This document shows, in pieces, positions 25,043 to 39,047 of a stretch of DNA of 64,000 bases. How positions within the stretch are numbered: position 1 is the stretch's first letter; the number at the start of each line of letters is the position of its first letter. The stretch comes from Utricularia gibba (lineage: Eukaryota; Plantae; Magnoliophyta): positions 1,054,001-1,118,000 of the forward strand of contig NEEC01000013.1 of assembly GCA_002189035.1 (NCBI GenBank). The letters run 5' to 3'. The translations under genes and the position numbers were made by a program. The notes under the pieces were generated by a model. It had not been told where the DNA came from. It worked only from the letters and a program-made list of their open reading frames with translations, and searched no databases.

Positions 25043-25981
25043 GGAAGGTTCTGTAAAATTTTTGAAGTATATTTATATTTTTTTTAAACAATAAAAATTA
25101 TTTTATTTTATGATATTATTAATTATAAAAATAATTCTATCAAAAATAATTTAAAAAATATACTATAAAAATTATTTTTAAAAAATTAAGAAATGAGATA
25201 CTTTTCCATTCTTATTTTTATTTTTAACTAAAATTTTGAAAAGTACTTTTAAAATTTTAAAATTTTTAAATATTATTTTTAAAGTAAGAAATAGAGAGAT
25301 TAATTAATATTGTTATTTTTAAAACTTTGAATAATAATGCATGAATTTAATGTTTTAATCTCAAAAAATTATGTTTATTAACATTTATATATTATCTTAA
25401 AAAATAATCAAAATTATTAAAAATAATTTTTTACGGAATATTCCTTTGATATGAAAAATAATTCTATATCTATTTTTACAGTTTTCTATAATACTTATAA
25501 TCTTTTTCATTTATATCAATTATTTATATTTTGTTAAAGTAATTTTGGAAAAATATAAGTAGATTTTAAAATTTTTTCAATAAGGCTGCTTTAGTTTGCT
25601 AGACAAGTGTGATGATGTTTCTAACTCTCAAATGTGAGTACATTGTCCCATTGTGAATTCACACAAGAAATGTCAGCCTGTTAGTAAATAGTGGAATCAA
25701 AAGTTATTATTATTCCTTCGCTCACACAGTTTCAAAGTAGACAAAAAGAAAAAAAAACCATGATCCCATAGAATTATTGGAAACTTTTGACTGAAGAGGT
25801 TGAGTCCTCAAGTACAACAAGTCACAACCCACATCTCGTGTTCAACGATTTATTGCCCCTAACAACACAATGTATTAAAAGACTTAACGGGAGATGGAGA
25901 ACGACTTCCAGAAGCACACACGCACAAAAAAGAAGAAATAATGTCCAAGAGAGGCGCGGATCCATCAGCGCTGCATGGCAA

Positions 25982-26458
25982 TCACCACGGCAACGGTAAC
26001 CATGGAGTAGCATACACATTGTTGTTGGATGGGACGCCTGGAAGCGTCAGATTTCCCGTAGGCAAAAGCGCTGCCCTTAGAATGCCACTAGTGAGTATCG
26101 TGCATGAAGGATCTGCAGGAAGCTTGATGGTGAGAACGCAGGGAAGAGGTGCGAAGGGCAGAAGCGTCACGTTGGCGAGTTTATCAGCTCCTAGCGAAAA
26201 CCTAACCACTCCGTTGGCATCGGTGTTGGTTGTAGCCACCAGAATCGACGCCCAGTTCTTTGCGATGCAACTCAGTTGCACGGGCTGACTAACCAGAGGT
26301 TTCCGAATTACAAAACAATTTCCAGTGAAGCTGCAGCATGCACTCGCGGTCACGTTTATGCCGGTCAAGGTGGCGTTTATTCCGTCTGCGGTGGCCGCCG
26401 GCAAGGTGACGCCCAAGACCAGGAGGGTTGCTCCAAGGATGCGGAGGGCATGAGCCAT
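25982..26458 (-). CDS. Secreted phylloplanin/Pollen Ole e 1-like protein, copy 1 (158 aa, intronless)
   Basis: Hydrophobic signal peptide, CC-x5-C ... VQLSC ... TTNTDANG ... C-x9-C pattern as in phylloplanin-like proteins. Four N-x-T sequons (NAT, NVT, NVT, NLT). Confidence 0.75.
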   Translation of the reverse strand: MAHALRILGATLLVLGVTLPAATADGINATLTGINVTASACCSFTGNCFVIRKPLVSQPVQLSCIAKNWASILVATTNTDANGVVRFSLGADKLANVTLLPFAPLPCVLTIKLPADPSCTILTSGILRAALLPTGNLTLPGVPSNNNVYATPWLPLPW

Positions 26459-28509
26459 CTCTTTTTCTTGTCTTGCGCAGTAACAATTACCGAAGGAGTG
26501 TTTCTATGCTGAGGAGCAAAGTGAATGGGGCTTTAATAAAGGGGCAAATGTACATTAAAATAATAGAGTTTATTAAAAGTAAACTCCAATAATACATGGC
26601 AAACTAGTTGAACTTTGACCCCAAAAACATAAACAAAGAATAAAAAAATTGAATTTGCATATTGGTAGAATAATTTAATTACAATAAATTAAAATTATTT
26701 ATATTTAATTAAACATATCTAATCTGATTTATAAATTTATATTTAAAATAATATTGTATTCAGTTGATAAAAAATCAAATCTCGCGTGATTAAAAATTAT
26801 ATAAATATATTATAAATCATGGGTATATTAGAGAATAAATCTATCAAATATACGTAATTCTCAATATAAATATGTCTACAGTCCCAAGACACCTTGACCT
26901 GAAGCACGCACGAACAAGATAACTTGATATAACTTTTGCTATATAAATTATATGTGAAAAAGCATACACGTGGGGTACATTAGGCGTTGAAAAATGAAAT
27001 AATATAACACTTACCAAGTTGAAAGTTTGGGAAGAGTAAAATAACTGACTACTGGATGATGCGCATACATTGAATTTGGATGCCCTAATTTTGGGGGCTT
27101 TTGGGCCTTGACAAGATCTGCTACCCTACCGACAAAGAAAGACAACCAGGCATTGAATTCGACTGTTGTTGCATAATTTGCCCTAAAAACCGCAGATTCC
27201 TTTTGATTTTTTTTTCAAAAAAAACACCTGTGGCTAAAAATCGAGAACGAATATTAGTTTTATTATTTTTTGATTTCATTCTCGCTTTTTTATTTCATCA
27301 ATTGTTGTGGTGTCGATAATGGACACGTAGTAGGGCATCAACCACGCGTGACTTCAATCCAGAAAAAAAATGATTAAATTGAAATTGTTGAAATTCAAGA
27401 TGCCATGGACAGGTAAACTCGTGCTCAAATGTTGTAAGGTTACTACAAGGTTAAGTCGAATGATGATATTCTGCACTCGTCATATACCTAATTTCTCGTT
27501 GTTGTTTTTTTTTTTTTTTGGAATTTCAATTTCATATTCCCGTTCTCAATCAACTCTTAGGATATATTTGATATTGTAGTTTCGTTAATTATATACTTAA
27601 ATTATTTTCATTAAAATAAGTATATGTTACGTAGTTAAAGTTGAAAGTTGTTATGATATGTAAGTTTGTGTTGAATAAAAATATTTAAAATTGATAGAAA
27701 AAAAAGTACTTAAGCTGCATATACTTTTACAAATAAATTTTAAATAGTTTTATTTTTAAATACGAGTAATTTTTAATTCAAAAACTCTAAAATTTAGAAA
27801 TACTTATTATTTTTAGGAAACAATAGAATTCCAACTTCTACTTTTAAAAAAAAATTCTCAAAAAGTTGATTTTCGAGAAGTTACACTAAATAGAACCTAA
27901 AATTGTTTGATTAAGAGAAGAGTTTTCAAATAGATACGTATGCAGGAACACGTATGTCTATACTTTCCAACACGTGTATTTAGAGCCATAAACAACAATA
28001 TCAAACACTGACTTTAAAGTTTACTCATTCTCTCCTTTGTATCTGTGAATTGGTAATTTTTTTTTGTGGAGTCAGCACATGGTAATCAAGACCATGACAT
28101 GGCGTAAATCACTTCTGCCCATGCGGAACATGATGAGCATCGAACTGCTAGTCCTAGATTTGCACAAGTCGAAATTGCGCCAGTTATGTTTTGTGCATGG
28201 CAGTCATATTACACTCATATGCACAACTGCATGCACCCTTCCACCCTCTCGTTTGCAAAGGTGTTTCTCTGTGATTCATGTTTGGGGTTGTGTTATTACT
28301 GGCTATGGCATGCTGTCTTTCTTTGGGCCAAAAAAATATGGTGTCCATTGACCAAACATTGCACGTCTCACGTACAAAATAAACGACACAAGAAAGGACA
28401 CGTGAATGAGGGGCCATTGGGAGCAACAACACCTTATTGCATGAACTGAACATGGTCAACGACTCTTACAGGGAAACCTTGAAACGGGAAAGAGAGTGCA
28501 GTCTGTTGA

Positions 28510-29033
28510 TCAGATGGGCAACAAGACCCATGCCAAACCAATAGCATTGATATTCTTCCCGATGAACGGAAAATATATTCCGACAGCAAAAACTGGCGAT
28601 CTCAGTACCCCGCTACTGAGCGACGGGCAGGAGGCCGATGGGAGTTGGATGCTGAGAAAGCACGGAAGGGGCCCAATTGGCAGAAGAGTAAGATCAGACA
28701 ATTTATCACCCCCACCGTGAAGGTAACCGTTCCGGAGATATCCGTGGTAGCCGTACCCAACAGTACTTCCGCGATGTTATTCGTAAAACAGGACAGTTCC
28801 ACGGTCTGGTTAACCATGGGGGGAGCGGTCTTGTTGGCAAAGCAATTACCAAAGAAGCCGCAGCACGCGCTCACCGTTACGGTTAGCCCGGAGGGGCGGA
28901 TGGGGTTTATAGTTATGCCCGAAATGGGGTTTATGGATATGCCGGCTGCGTTGGAGGCCGTCGGGACGGTGGCGGTGGCTAGTAGGAGAAAGGCGGTGGC
29001 GAGGATAAAGAAAACAGGGTTTTCAGGAGCCAT
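28510..29033 (-). pseudogene. Phylloplanin/Ole e 1-like copy 2, one-base frameshift
   Basis: MAPENPVFF...SACCGFFGNC...VELSC...TATTDISG is in one frame and LSDLTLLPIGPLPCFLSIQLPSASCPSLSSGVLRS in the next. Adding one base at the C-run 28709-28713 restores alignment with copy 1 (GADKL). Confidence 0.72.
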
Positions 29034-29902
29034 CTCTTTTGTGTCAAAGAACAACATTCCTGAAGAGGGTATTAAATAAGGGAAGGACTAATTAAAATAA
29101 ACATTCCCTTGGACATTATCTTGAACAAGTATTCAAAGTAAACTTGAATAATGGATGCATTGCTTGAAAATGAGGATAATTGGGCAACTTAATTAAGAGG
29201 TAATTACATGCAGCGTTGAAACAATTTTAAACTAATCTCACCTGTTTTGTCAAGTAAGCCTTCATCAGTCTGTTTTTTTTAGGTTTAGAGTAGCTTTTAT
29301 TTTGAAAAATGTTTTAAAAGGAATTTTTTTATTAAATACGAACAAATATTATTTCAAAAAACTAAAAAAAATCTAAAAAGCACTTTGTATTCTTAAGAAG
29401 CTTTCAAACTGACTATTTTTTTAAAAGTGCTTATCAAAAAACATAAAAATTAGTTTATTGATTTGTCAAATCAATTTATTGGTGACCGATAATCAATCTA
29501 TAAAATATGATGCTATATTCATAAAAATAAAAGGAGTACTGAACTATGGTAAAAACCACAAGAAAAGTTTTTAAGAAACATTACTCTAACAAATGCACTT
29601 CACCAGAACTTCTTCCACATAGACTTCAACAAAATAAGTCAACTTCGCCAAACATAAGCCCACTAGGGAAAAAGGCACAGAAATAAGAGGCTCTAAAGAA
29701 ATTCCAGACTTTGCAAGACAAGTAGTAGAAGCATATGGGCCCAAATATGGTGACAATCACTATTGACTTGTATTTAATTTTATATATTTTCATCTATTTG
29801 GCTTTCCTTGGAATTAAATTCCAATTTGAAAGATTAAATTCAATTCTAGATTCCTAATAGTTATACTCATGTTAAATTGTGATGAGATAATTCTTATGTT
29901 CT

Positions 29903-31263
29903 TGATGACACACATTTTCTCTGCATTTTATAATGCAAAATTATTATGTTTTACTGTGGTTTAGGCTAGTTTTGTATGGTTTTTCATGTTTCATGTGTTC
30001 TTTAGCTTAATTTCATTTTTATGTTAAAAAGTGGACTAAATCCTTTGATTTAGTCCACCTTGCATCACTGATGATTGCTTAAATTCAGCAGAAGGATTCA
30101 CATCAAATCAGACTCACGAATGTGTGGAATAAGTAGAAAAGGGCACAACATCCGAAGAGAGACAAAGAGCACTATTCTGCTGCCTGTAATCTACAAGTTC
30201 AAATCAAGAACAATGATGGTGTCAGGAACAATGCATTAGAGTAAAAGAGAAGAGATATTTTTCGAAAAAGGCAGAGTGAGAGCTTCAGAGCGACACACAA
30301 GGGACTTCTCCTCCAATAACAAAAACACCGACTAGAAGAGGAGAAGAAGGGTTTCATCCTCAAGAACACCACCAAGGCCCAATCAAGTGCTACTGTTCCG
30401 GGCAATGAACAGTAGCAGATGGGAATCAAAACAATCTTTCACTTTATTTTCATTTACTGAATGTTTCTAGTTTTTTCCATTGACTTCCTTACCATGTTTC
30501 AGTTACTTTGGTTATTTGATCTTAATGACATTATGTTTTACCTTCTAAGTATGAATAGCTAAAACCTTAGAGATGCCTTAAAGTAAAGCATGGTGATATG
30601 GAGTTAGGGTTAAAAATGTAATTTATCTTTGTTCCTTAATTCATTTTTCAATCATTCCATGGGTAGACCTAAAGAGGGGAGCAAATAACTTCGCAATTCA
30701 GATGCTTGATTTAGAGGTAGACCAACAAATCAAGGTAGGAGGAGTAGGTATTAGTCCAAAGTAGAACCAGTAGAACCGGGTAGACTTAATTATATGCACT
30801 TTGCATACGGGTAGACCTAATTGAAATGTTGGTGATGATATTGGGGACTAGTTTAGACGAAAATATGATGAATGACCTGGATAGACTTGGGTTGTTTGGA
30901 GTTGTGAGCATAGGAACATGGTAAATTAAATTAAGCATCTTAGCACCACATCACCTGCATACCTTAAGGCATCTTAGTTTTACTATGTACTAGAACCAAT
31001 ATTTGTTATTTCCAACGTTGAGACTTGACCTTGTTCATTGAACTTGCTTACTACTGTTAGTTTGAGCTTAGACTAAAAACCACTGTTATTCCGAAATCTG
31101 CATCTGCTGAAACACTTACCAAGCACAAGCTCCTTGTGATCGACCATGAATTCCATTTTACATTTTGTGTTTAATTTGTATCTTGTGAAGATTAGGACTT
31201 ATAAATTTATTTGATATAGAATTCTATTTTTATTGCAATGATAATAGGAATTTTCGTTTATCA
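29903..31263 (+). mobile_element. Solo LTR, 1361 bp
   Basis: TGATG...TATCA termini, TSD gttct/gttcc (4/5). Shares the terminal block tatcaaataaatttata (in reverse complement) and the atgaatagcta motif with the other solo LTRs. Confidence 0.8.
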
Positions 31264-34200
31264 GTTCCTCATGAGACCTGCGAAGCAGATGAACTCTATC
31301 TTGAGCAATAACATAGGGAAGAAGATGGTGGAAAAAGGAAAAAAAAACTAGGGCGAATATGAACGATTGGGCCTTAGGAACATGTGAAACAATACTGACC
31401 TAATAGATGAAAAAATGGAAAGATCCACACGAGTAAGAGCCCACTACCAGAGCATGGAGTAAGGCTGCAATCCCAATGGCTATTTTCTTTACTGTTGAGT
31501 TACAAATTTATACCTATAAATTGTACACTGTCTAGAAAAAACGAGAGCTATTTTCTTCAGTAAAAACACTATACAACTTTTGCATCTTCAAAGGCAAGGC
31601 TCCTAGTTCGTGAGCTACACATACTCTTTCAACTCATTGATCCATAATCCATTAAAAAGTTTCTGATTTCCTTGGAAAAATTTGATAACACATATTTTGC
31701 TGTCATTTAGGTGTGATTTTGAATGTTTTGTCACTCTTGATGCGAATTGGAGCATTTTCAAAAGAATGGACTAAATCACTTGATTGATGTAAGTTTCTCT
31801 AAATAATCATTATGTGTGAGATTCATGTGTCTAATAAAATTTATAACTCAATCCACATAAAATATTCATAAAATCAAGACAAGCATACATTAATCGGGTT
31901 CGATTACAAAGAGCTTGTGTTGCTAAGATGTGAACATTATACATTATCCAAATTCATCTTCAATGTAATATAGAATAAATGAACAACATGAAGTAAAATG
32001 AAACATATAGCAAGAAACACAACAAGTAATATGCATGGGGACTGGGCAATGCAGGAATGATGCCTTTGAAAGTTTAGTAATGTGCTAAATTTGTCATGGT
32101 TCTGAAATTTTACGAATGAACTCTAACTTGAAATGTGCTCTGTAAGTTTTTTTAAAAATTTTTCAACTCTAAAGTTTATTAATCAATGATGTTTAAGATT
32201 TCATAGGAAAACTTAGAACTAAATCTAATTGGTTCTATTGGCATCTATTTGAGAAAGTTCAAATAATTACGTACATTTAAATTCCTTCATCTACCTCTAA
32301 ATCAAGTATCTTAGGTTTGATTTATTTTCCAATATGTTGTCATCCGGTGGTCATCTTCTTTCTAGAAATAATCAATTAGATACTTGATTTACGATTGATT
32401 TTTGTAGAAAATAAAGAGGGGTGACCCATACAATATGAAAATCGAAAGTACTAATTATGCAAGAGATAAAGATTCATCTATATAAGATATTAGGAAATGT
32501 TGCCTTGAAGATTGCAATACAAATTGGCATTCAATCACAAACTGAGAGATATCAAGACAATTTATGTAAATGGAAGCTATCTAAAAGTTGGTTGGATGGA
32601 GGAGCATAATGAGATGTTGCTTCCTTTGGATGAATCAAGATACCTCTCTCTCCTAGAAAAAAAATAAGATGCAAGAATGTGTGATGTGTTGGGAAGTGAT
32701 GAGAAAATTCTCAACAATCTGATGCCATTGGTGAAGAAGAGAAAACCTAAGGACAGAACATAGGTTGAAAAAGAGGAACTAAATTTGGACTACCAACCGG
32801 GGGCCTTTTAATCATGGTTCAAACTTGAAGGTAAGTTATCATGAAGAAAATATCCAAGAGCAGAAGTTTAGTTTACCATCAAGACAACTAGCCAAAGCCC
32901 ACAATTTTAAACTCACAATGGGCATATAACCGTATAAATAGGAGTATATACATATAAATTATGTAGAATGCTTTGACAAAAAAAATCACTTTTGCTTCAG
33001 ATGTTCTTAAAATCCTTAAGTTCGGAGGATAATGCTTCAAGTTAAGAAGTCTTAATTTCACGCTTCAAGATAGGAAAGTACAACCTTAAATCCTTTTAAA
33101 GGCAGTAAAGAGAATGTAAAATGTTTAGTTTGTAGAATGTTGTAATGAGCATAATGTACTCCAAATGTCTTGAACGTCCTATGTGTTGGAAGATCTTCAA
33201 TCTTATATAGGAGTAAAATTTCCTGCCGTTGAGATTGTTTATTGAGACCAGAAGGAAAATGTCCCTCTAAACACAAAGAGATGACCCTCCTATCTTTGAT
33301 GTGATCTAGGTACAGTGAGCCAAACATAATGGGTACCCGACATAAATGCCTGAGGAGGTGTGCATTCTACAGCTATCATCGTGAGCTTTCGAAATATGGG
33401 AATTCACTTGGCTCGATCATTAGGAATTGGCCAAAATGCGGGAGAATTATAGCAAACAATCCCACATCACGATTTGAAAGTATACTTAGACTTCACATGT
33501 ATTTGCTTGACTTATCCAATCTTTAATGATCTGCAATTTCTTATATACTATTTCACTTTGAAATCTTGATGTAGAATTATTTGTTCTAATAGGAAGTTCG
33601 TTTGCAGTAAGTTTTCTCCAGGTATTATACTATTTCTACTCGACTACATGACTGCTTGTTTCATCTCGTTTAAGTCCACTTGCTTCATTGAATTAAGCAG
33701 CCCATTGGAAGTCAACGACATTCCTAGAAACAAGGAAATATGTCACCACTTGCAGATATATGGACAAAGAGGTGCGACATATGGAATAAGTGTCATTTTA
33801 TCATAGCATTTTATGCACGTATATATACTAAAACTTTCCTAATGTGGAGCCTATTTAGTTGCTGAAGTGAGACTTAACTTTGTATTTAGTATGCGCAAAA
33901 TATATTTAGATTATGAGAATGATTTTTTTCTTATAAGAGATATTCCAACAACTATAAACATTAATGTTGTACATGTTAGAGAAAATCAACTTTAGTGCAC
34001 ACGAAGCTTTATCTTGAGTCCTTGAATTAGAATTTTTAATTAGGTTATGGGTACTTGGATTCACTTTTGGGTATTTAGCTGAGTTTCTATGTAGATCTTC
34101 TTTATTGTATTGATTCATATGCCATGCTCATTACTTTCGCAAAGACTACTTCATTCTTCAATTCCTAACTGTTAAAATTAAGTATCAGATGAATCGGACG

Positions 34201-34964
34201 ATCACACATAAAATTTATATATACAAGAAACGTAAATCACATTAGAAAAGATTATGCTTAACCGATTATTTGTAATTTATAATTTTTTTATATATTTGAT
34301 TATTTTATTTTAAAATCTCGATGTAATATTGTTTATTCTCATACTAACCATGTTAGTTATTCCTCTTGGAGCTTCATAAGGTGAACTTGGACAAGCTCAT
34401 CATCAATTAACAAAATTTTCAGAAATAATTAATGGTTTTAACTTATTCTTTTTTTTTTTTTAAGATCTCAAGGCAGTTATCATGAAAGTGGGTCATTGCA
34501 AAATCGTTCTTTTTATTTCCCGTTTTTGTTTGTGTGATGGGTTGAAATCTGGAGACACGCCATAACCGTCCTGTCCTAAGGCGGCACCAAACCTATGCAT
34601 TCAAGCTTACCAGATGTGCCTACCTTCAACGGACCCCTGTAATAAAAATAATGGTGGCCGTACGAGTGGAGATGGATCCCCGGCAGTGAAGGACCTCCCA
34701 TTCGGCACCTCCGTGGGGGGAGATGTGGCTCATTCACAACCTCAACAGTTTTACGCATCTGCAACATTTGACAAGTCTGATTCTTTATTGCCGAAAATCG
34801 CTTTCAACTCTGCATATAATTTGCGGATGGAGTTTTCTTGAACCAGCCACATTTTCTCTCTTCTTGCTTTTTCGTTGATCACCCACACGCTACTTTATTG
34901 TGTCTGTCGCAATGGTAAGTTGACTTAGCTTCTAATACCTCCATAACCACAAGTCCCGATAGCC

Positions 34965-37216
34965 ATGTCCGAGTTTCCACGTGCTTCAATAAAACACCTG
35001 GTTCCACTCATCGTGTTTGCGATGTTCCTCATCGCAGTTTGTTTTTTTGCCGCGATGCCTCTGCGGAGTATCCGGCCTTCAGGATTCGAAGCATCCGACT
35101 CCGATCCCGGGGCTCCGCTAAGGGACGCGAAGATCGCGGTGTGCTTGGTGGGTGGGGCTCGCAGATTCGAACTCACCGGTCCTTCCATCATTCAGAGGGT
35201 GCTTCGGGTTTATCCGAATTCGGATGTCTTTCTGCATTCTCCCCTTGATGAAAACTCTCACAAGCTCCATCTGCTGAACGCTGCTCCCAGAATCACATCC
35301 GTCAGGATATACGAGCAGACGCCTATACCTGAAGATGAGACAGTTCACCAGACCCTCGGATACCACGTTCAGGTGCGCACTCTTTTCCTCGTGAATGTAA
35401 ATCTTAAGAATTTGAAGACATCATAATCGAAATTGCAACACAAAAAAAATGTATAGGAAAAAATTATTTTCCCAAGTTTGAGGGGAAATTATGGTTGATT
35501 CTAATAAAATAGAATTTGATGTTCTATAATTTTTTAAAAATAATAATCATATTTAAATTTTATTTATTTTTTAAAGAGAATTTGGTTGTATTGATAAATA
35601 AATATTTTTTGTATTTATAAATATCTTTTAATTATAAAAAACATGAAAAAAAGACAATAATATAGGTGAATCATACTACAAATCAAATGGAGAATAGTTG
35701 TTGAAATAAATGATCCAATAAATCAATAAATACAAGTGAAATCCAAGTATATAATAAATATAAATTATATTTAGAAAAAATTAGATTATTAATGATTTAT
35801 AATTTATTTTATATTTAATTATTTTATTTTCAATTGTTGATGTGAGATTTTTGTTCTAATAATAATTATCCATCATTTTTCATTTTAAATATTTCCACAC
35901 ATTTTTCAGTATTTAAATAGTAAAACATTGTTTTTTAAGTCATAATGTTTTGTACATTTTCATTTTACATTCGAACACTTTAATTTGTACAAAATGTAAT
36001 CAATAAGTTTATCAATAAACTCATTTATTGTCATTTTGGCCAAAAACTTGTCGAAATCAACTGCCACAATTATCATTCTCTTTTCTTTCTTTTTTGATTA
36101 CATAATTATGTATTTTTTTTCAAATAAATCACAAAAAGATTTTTAATGGCTTTAAATCTTAAAAATTTGAGATATATTTTTAAAATTTACAACCATCAAA
36201 CAAAGAAAGGAGGAAGGATGATAGTTGTGGTAATTAATTTTGGTGATTTTTTTTATTGAAATGCCATAAAATGAGTTTATTGGTAAACTTTTTGATTAGA
36301 TTATATATAAGGTAAAATGTTTGAATGCAAAATGAAAATGTATCAAACATTATGATTTAAAAAATGATTTTTACCTTTTAAATATCATGAAATATTTATA
36401 GGGGAAGAGGGGCACCTCAGTTATCTCCTTTTTTTTTTTTTGTAGGGTTTGTTGAAGTACTTTCAGCTAGTAGAAGGATGCTTGACACTCATAAACGCTT
36501 ATCAAGCGAAACATAACTTCACCTACGATTGGATCATCCGAGGTCGAGTTGACAGTTACTGGTCGGGCAAATTGGGACCTGAGAGCTTCAACGAAGGCAA
36601 ATACACGGTCCCCGATGGCACAAACTACTCCGGCTTGAACGATCGCTTTGGAGTTGGAGATTACAACACTTCAGTCGTCGCGCTCTCCAGGCTGTCCTCG
36701 CTCCGCCGCCTCCAGGATGCCGGATTGCATTGGCTTACCTCCGAGCCCGCCTACCTAGCCCAATTCACGACACTCGGCGTTGAAGTCGCTAGAGTCCCGG
36801 TCCCCTTCTGCATCTTAACGGATCACTCGTTCCAGTTTCCCCCCCAGACTGAGATGGCACCGGTCGTGGCGTTGACGAACCCCGGTCCGCAAAATGGATC
36901 GTACTGCAGGGCGTGTACCCCGATATGCGTGGGGTCTTGCGACAGACCGGGGTTATACTATGAGGAGCGGTTGTGGATCGCGGCCGAGTGGAAACGCGAT
37001 CGCATGGAGGTCTGCGATTCGAGCGGGGAGTGGGAAGATGGATGGGAGAAGATGTTCGATGAGGCTGCGGGGAAGGAGCTGGCCGCAGTCAGAAAAGAGT
37101 TTGCGAGTGTAGACCTGCAACGTTGTATCCTTGAATTTGAGAAGATGAAGATGAGAACGGAGAACTGGGATGCACCCCCTGCCGCAGACATTTGTAGCAA
37201 GGGCTTGAAATCGTAG
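34965..37216 (+). CDS. Type-II membrane protein of unknown function (conserved plant family, recalled as DUF7796-like), copy 1; exons 34965-35372 and 36446-37216, 392 aa
   Basis: N-terminal TM (LVPLIVFAMFLIAVCFFAAM), KIAVCLVGGARRFELTGPSI, GLLKYFQLVEGC, YDWIIRxRVDSYW, GLNDRFGVGD, Cys-rich C-terminus. GT-AG intron in phase 0. The DUF number needs checking. Confidence 0.85.
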
Positions 37217-37859
37217 CATTTGGATGAAGTTCATCAATATTTTTAACTCAACAAAAACAAAATAAAACTCACTTTTGTTTATTTTTACTTTCTGCTGTCT
37301 TGATAAGACCTTTTCTTCACTCTTTGGACAGAATGTTAAGACCTTTGGTATTAACTTGATCGACATCTTCCAGTTTTCTTGGGGCCACAAGTCTTGCCTT
37401 TTCAGAACCATCACGGTTTACCAGCGCAAACTTCATCAATTTTTGATTCACCTTATGAATTTTATATGACGAAAAAGATTGTGCATATTCTATTCCACAA
37501 CTTGAAGTTCAGAAGGATAAATTTAAATCATGTTTTTTTTTTTGTGTTAGGATTTATGACTTTAGTTGTATTTTATTTTTATTTTACTTTTTTTTTTATC
37601 TTATGATGTTGTTGTGGTTAAAAATCAATAATAAACAATAATCCGATCTACAAGGGCAAAATCGAGAACGAATAGTCGCTTCTGTTTGTATAATTTTATT
37701 ATTTTGTGATTTCATTCTCGCTTGTTATGTTATCAATTGTTGTGGTGTCGATGATGGACATGTAGTATGGCATCAACCAGGCATGATTTCCATCTAGAAA
37801 AAAATGATTAAATAGAAATAAAATGGTAACAATTTGCGGCTCGTGTCATTTGAGAATGT

Positions 37860-38440
37860 TGAATCCAATTAGATGTGATTCTTCTAGTACCATAGCAATG
37901 ATAAAGGATCCAGTGTTCTATGGTCGTACGAAACACATTACTATGAAATATCATGTAGTAAGAGAGCTACTCAAAAGTGAGCACATCAATTTCTAATATT
38001 GTCCTTTAGAATCCCAAGTTGCTGACATTATGACAATGCCTCTTGGTGCAAGTGCCTTTCAACACATGAGAATTAAGTTCGGGGTCGTAACTGGTGCTAA
38101 CTTCATGGGGGCGCTTGCTGGATATGAATGATTAGCATCTATCTAATGCTAAGTCGGTATCATTCAGTTCAAGCTCCAAGAATCATGGTCATGAGCGTGT
38201 GTATGACTTTGTCTGTCTTCTGTTGCAATAGCTACGAGTCTGTTGCATCTCTTCTATTAGTTTCGTACTTAGTTGATTAGATGTGAGTATTTAAAGGGTG
38301 TTAATCTACGGGTCGCAGTGTTCTTGTTCTTGTTGTTTTAAGTGCTATCATGATCACCCTTTATTGCAAGATTTCAGTCCTTTTGTTCATACTTTCAACC
38401 CAAACTCATCTGAGGCACTTCACATTTTCTCCTAAACATT
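37860..38440 (+). mobile_element. Ty1/copia RNase H C-terminus with probable PPT/3' LTR fragment
   Basis: IRCDSSSTIAMIKDPVFYGRTKHITMKYHVVRE...QVADIMTMPLG, then gggggcgc and an LTR-like tract. Boundaries are approximate. Confidence 0.75.
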
Positions 38441-38845
38441 CGGTTTGATCCTACAAAGGTGTGACATACTAAATAAGTGTCATTTTATCAGAACATTTTA
38501 TGCAAGTATATATGCTAAAGTTGAAAGGATATGTAGCTCCCTAACTTAGAGACTATTTAGTCCCTAAAGTGAGACTTAACTTTGTATCAAGTATGAAAAA
38601 ATTATATTTAGATTACAATAATGAATTTGTTCTCATTAAAGATATTCCAACAACTATAAAAAATTAATGTTGTAAATGTAAGAAAGTCAACTTCACTTCA
38701 CATGAGGCCTTATCTTGAGTTCTTGAATTATAATTTTTAATTAGTTTATGGGCAGCTGGATCCACTTTTAGACATTTAGTTGAGTTTGTATGTAGACCTT
38801 CTTTCTTGTATTGATTCATATGTCGTGCTCATTACTTTAACAAAG

Positions 38846-39047
38846 ACCAATTCATTCTTCAATTCCTCACTGTTGAAATTAAGGAAGGCCTAAGACCACA
38901 TGAAACATAGACCAATTCATTCTTCAATTCCTAATTGTTGAAATTAAGGAAGGCCTAAGATCACCAATTCATTCTTCAATTCCTAATTGTTGAAATTAAG
39001 GGAAGCCTAGGATCACATGAAATATAGACCAATTCATTCTTCAATTC
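38846..39047. repeat. Tandem array of 65/52/65/partial-bp units
   Basis: accaattcattcttcaattc begins at 38846, 38911, 38963 and 39028. Only one corresponding unit exists upstream of copy 1 (~34145-34182). Confidence 0.9.

Noticed and set aside
31400-33750. Retroelement-like debris including ORFs 33058-33327 and 33329-33526 and a partial LTR end near 31785-31940
   Set aside because: Too degenerate to assign family, strand or boundaries.
34576-34767. Minus-strand ORF RCRMGGPSL..GIHL..Y.HHYFYY.GPLKVG found upstream of both paralogues
   Set aside because: Explained by high nucleotide identity of the duplicated leader. Starts and stops differ between copies and no family was recognised.
38846-39047. 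Repeat array considered as CRISPR-like
   Set aside because: Units are whole tandem copies without unique spacers, in a plant genome.
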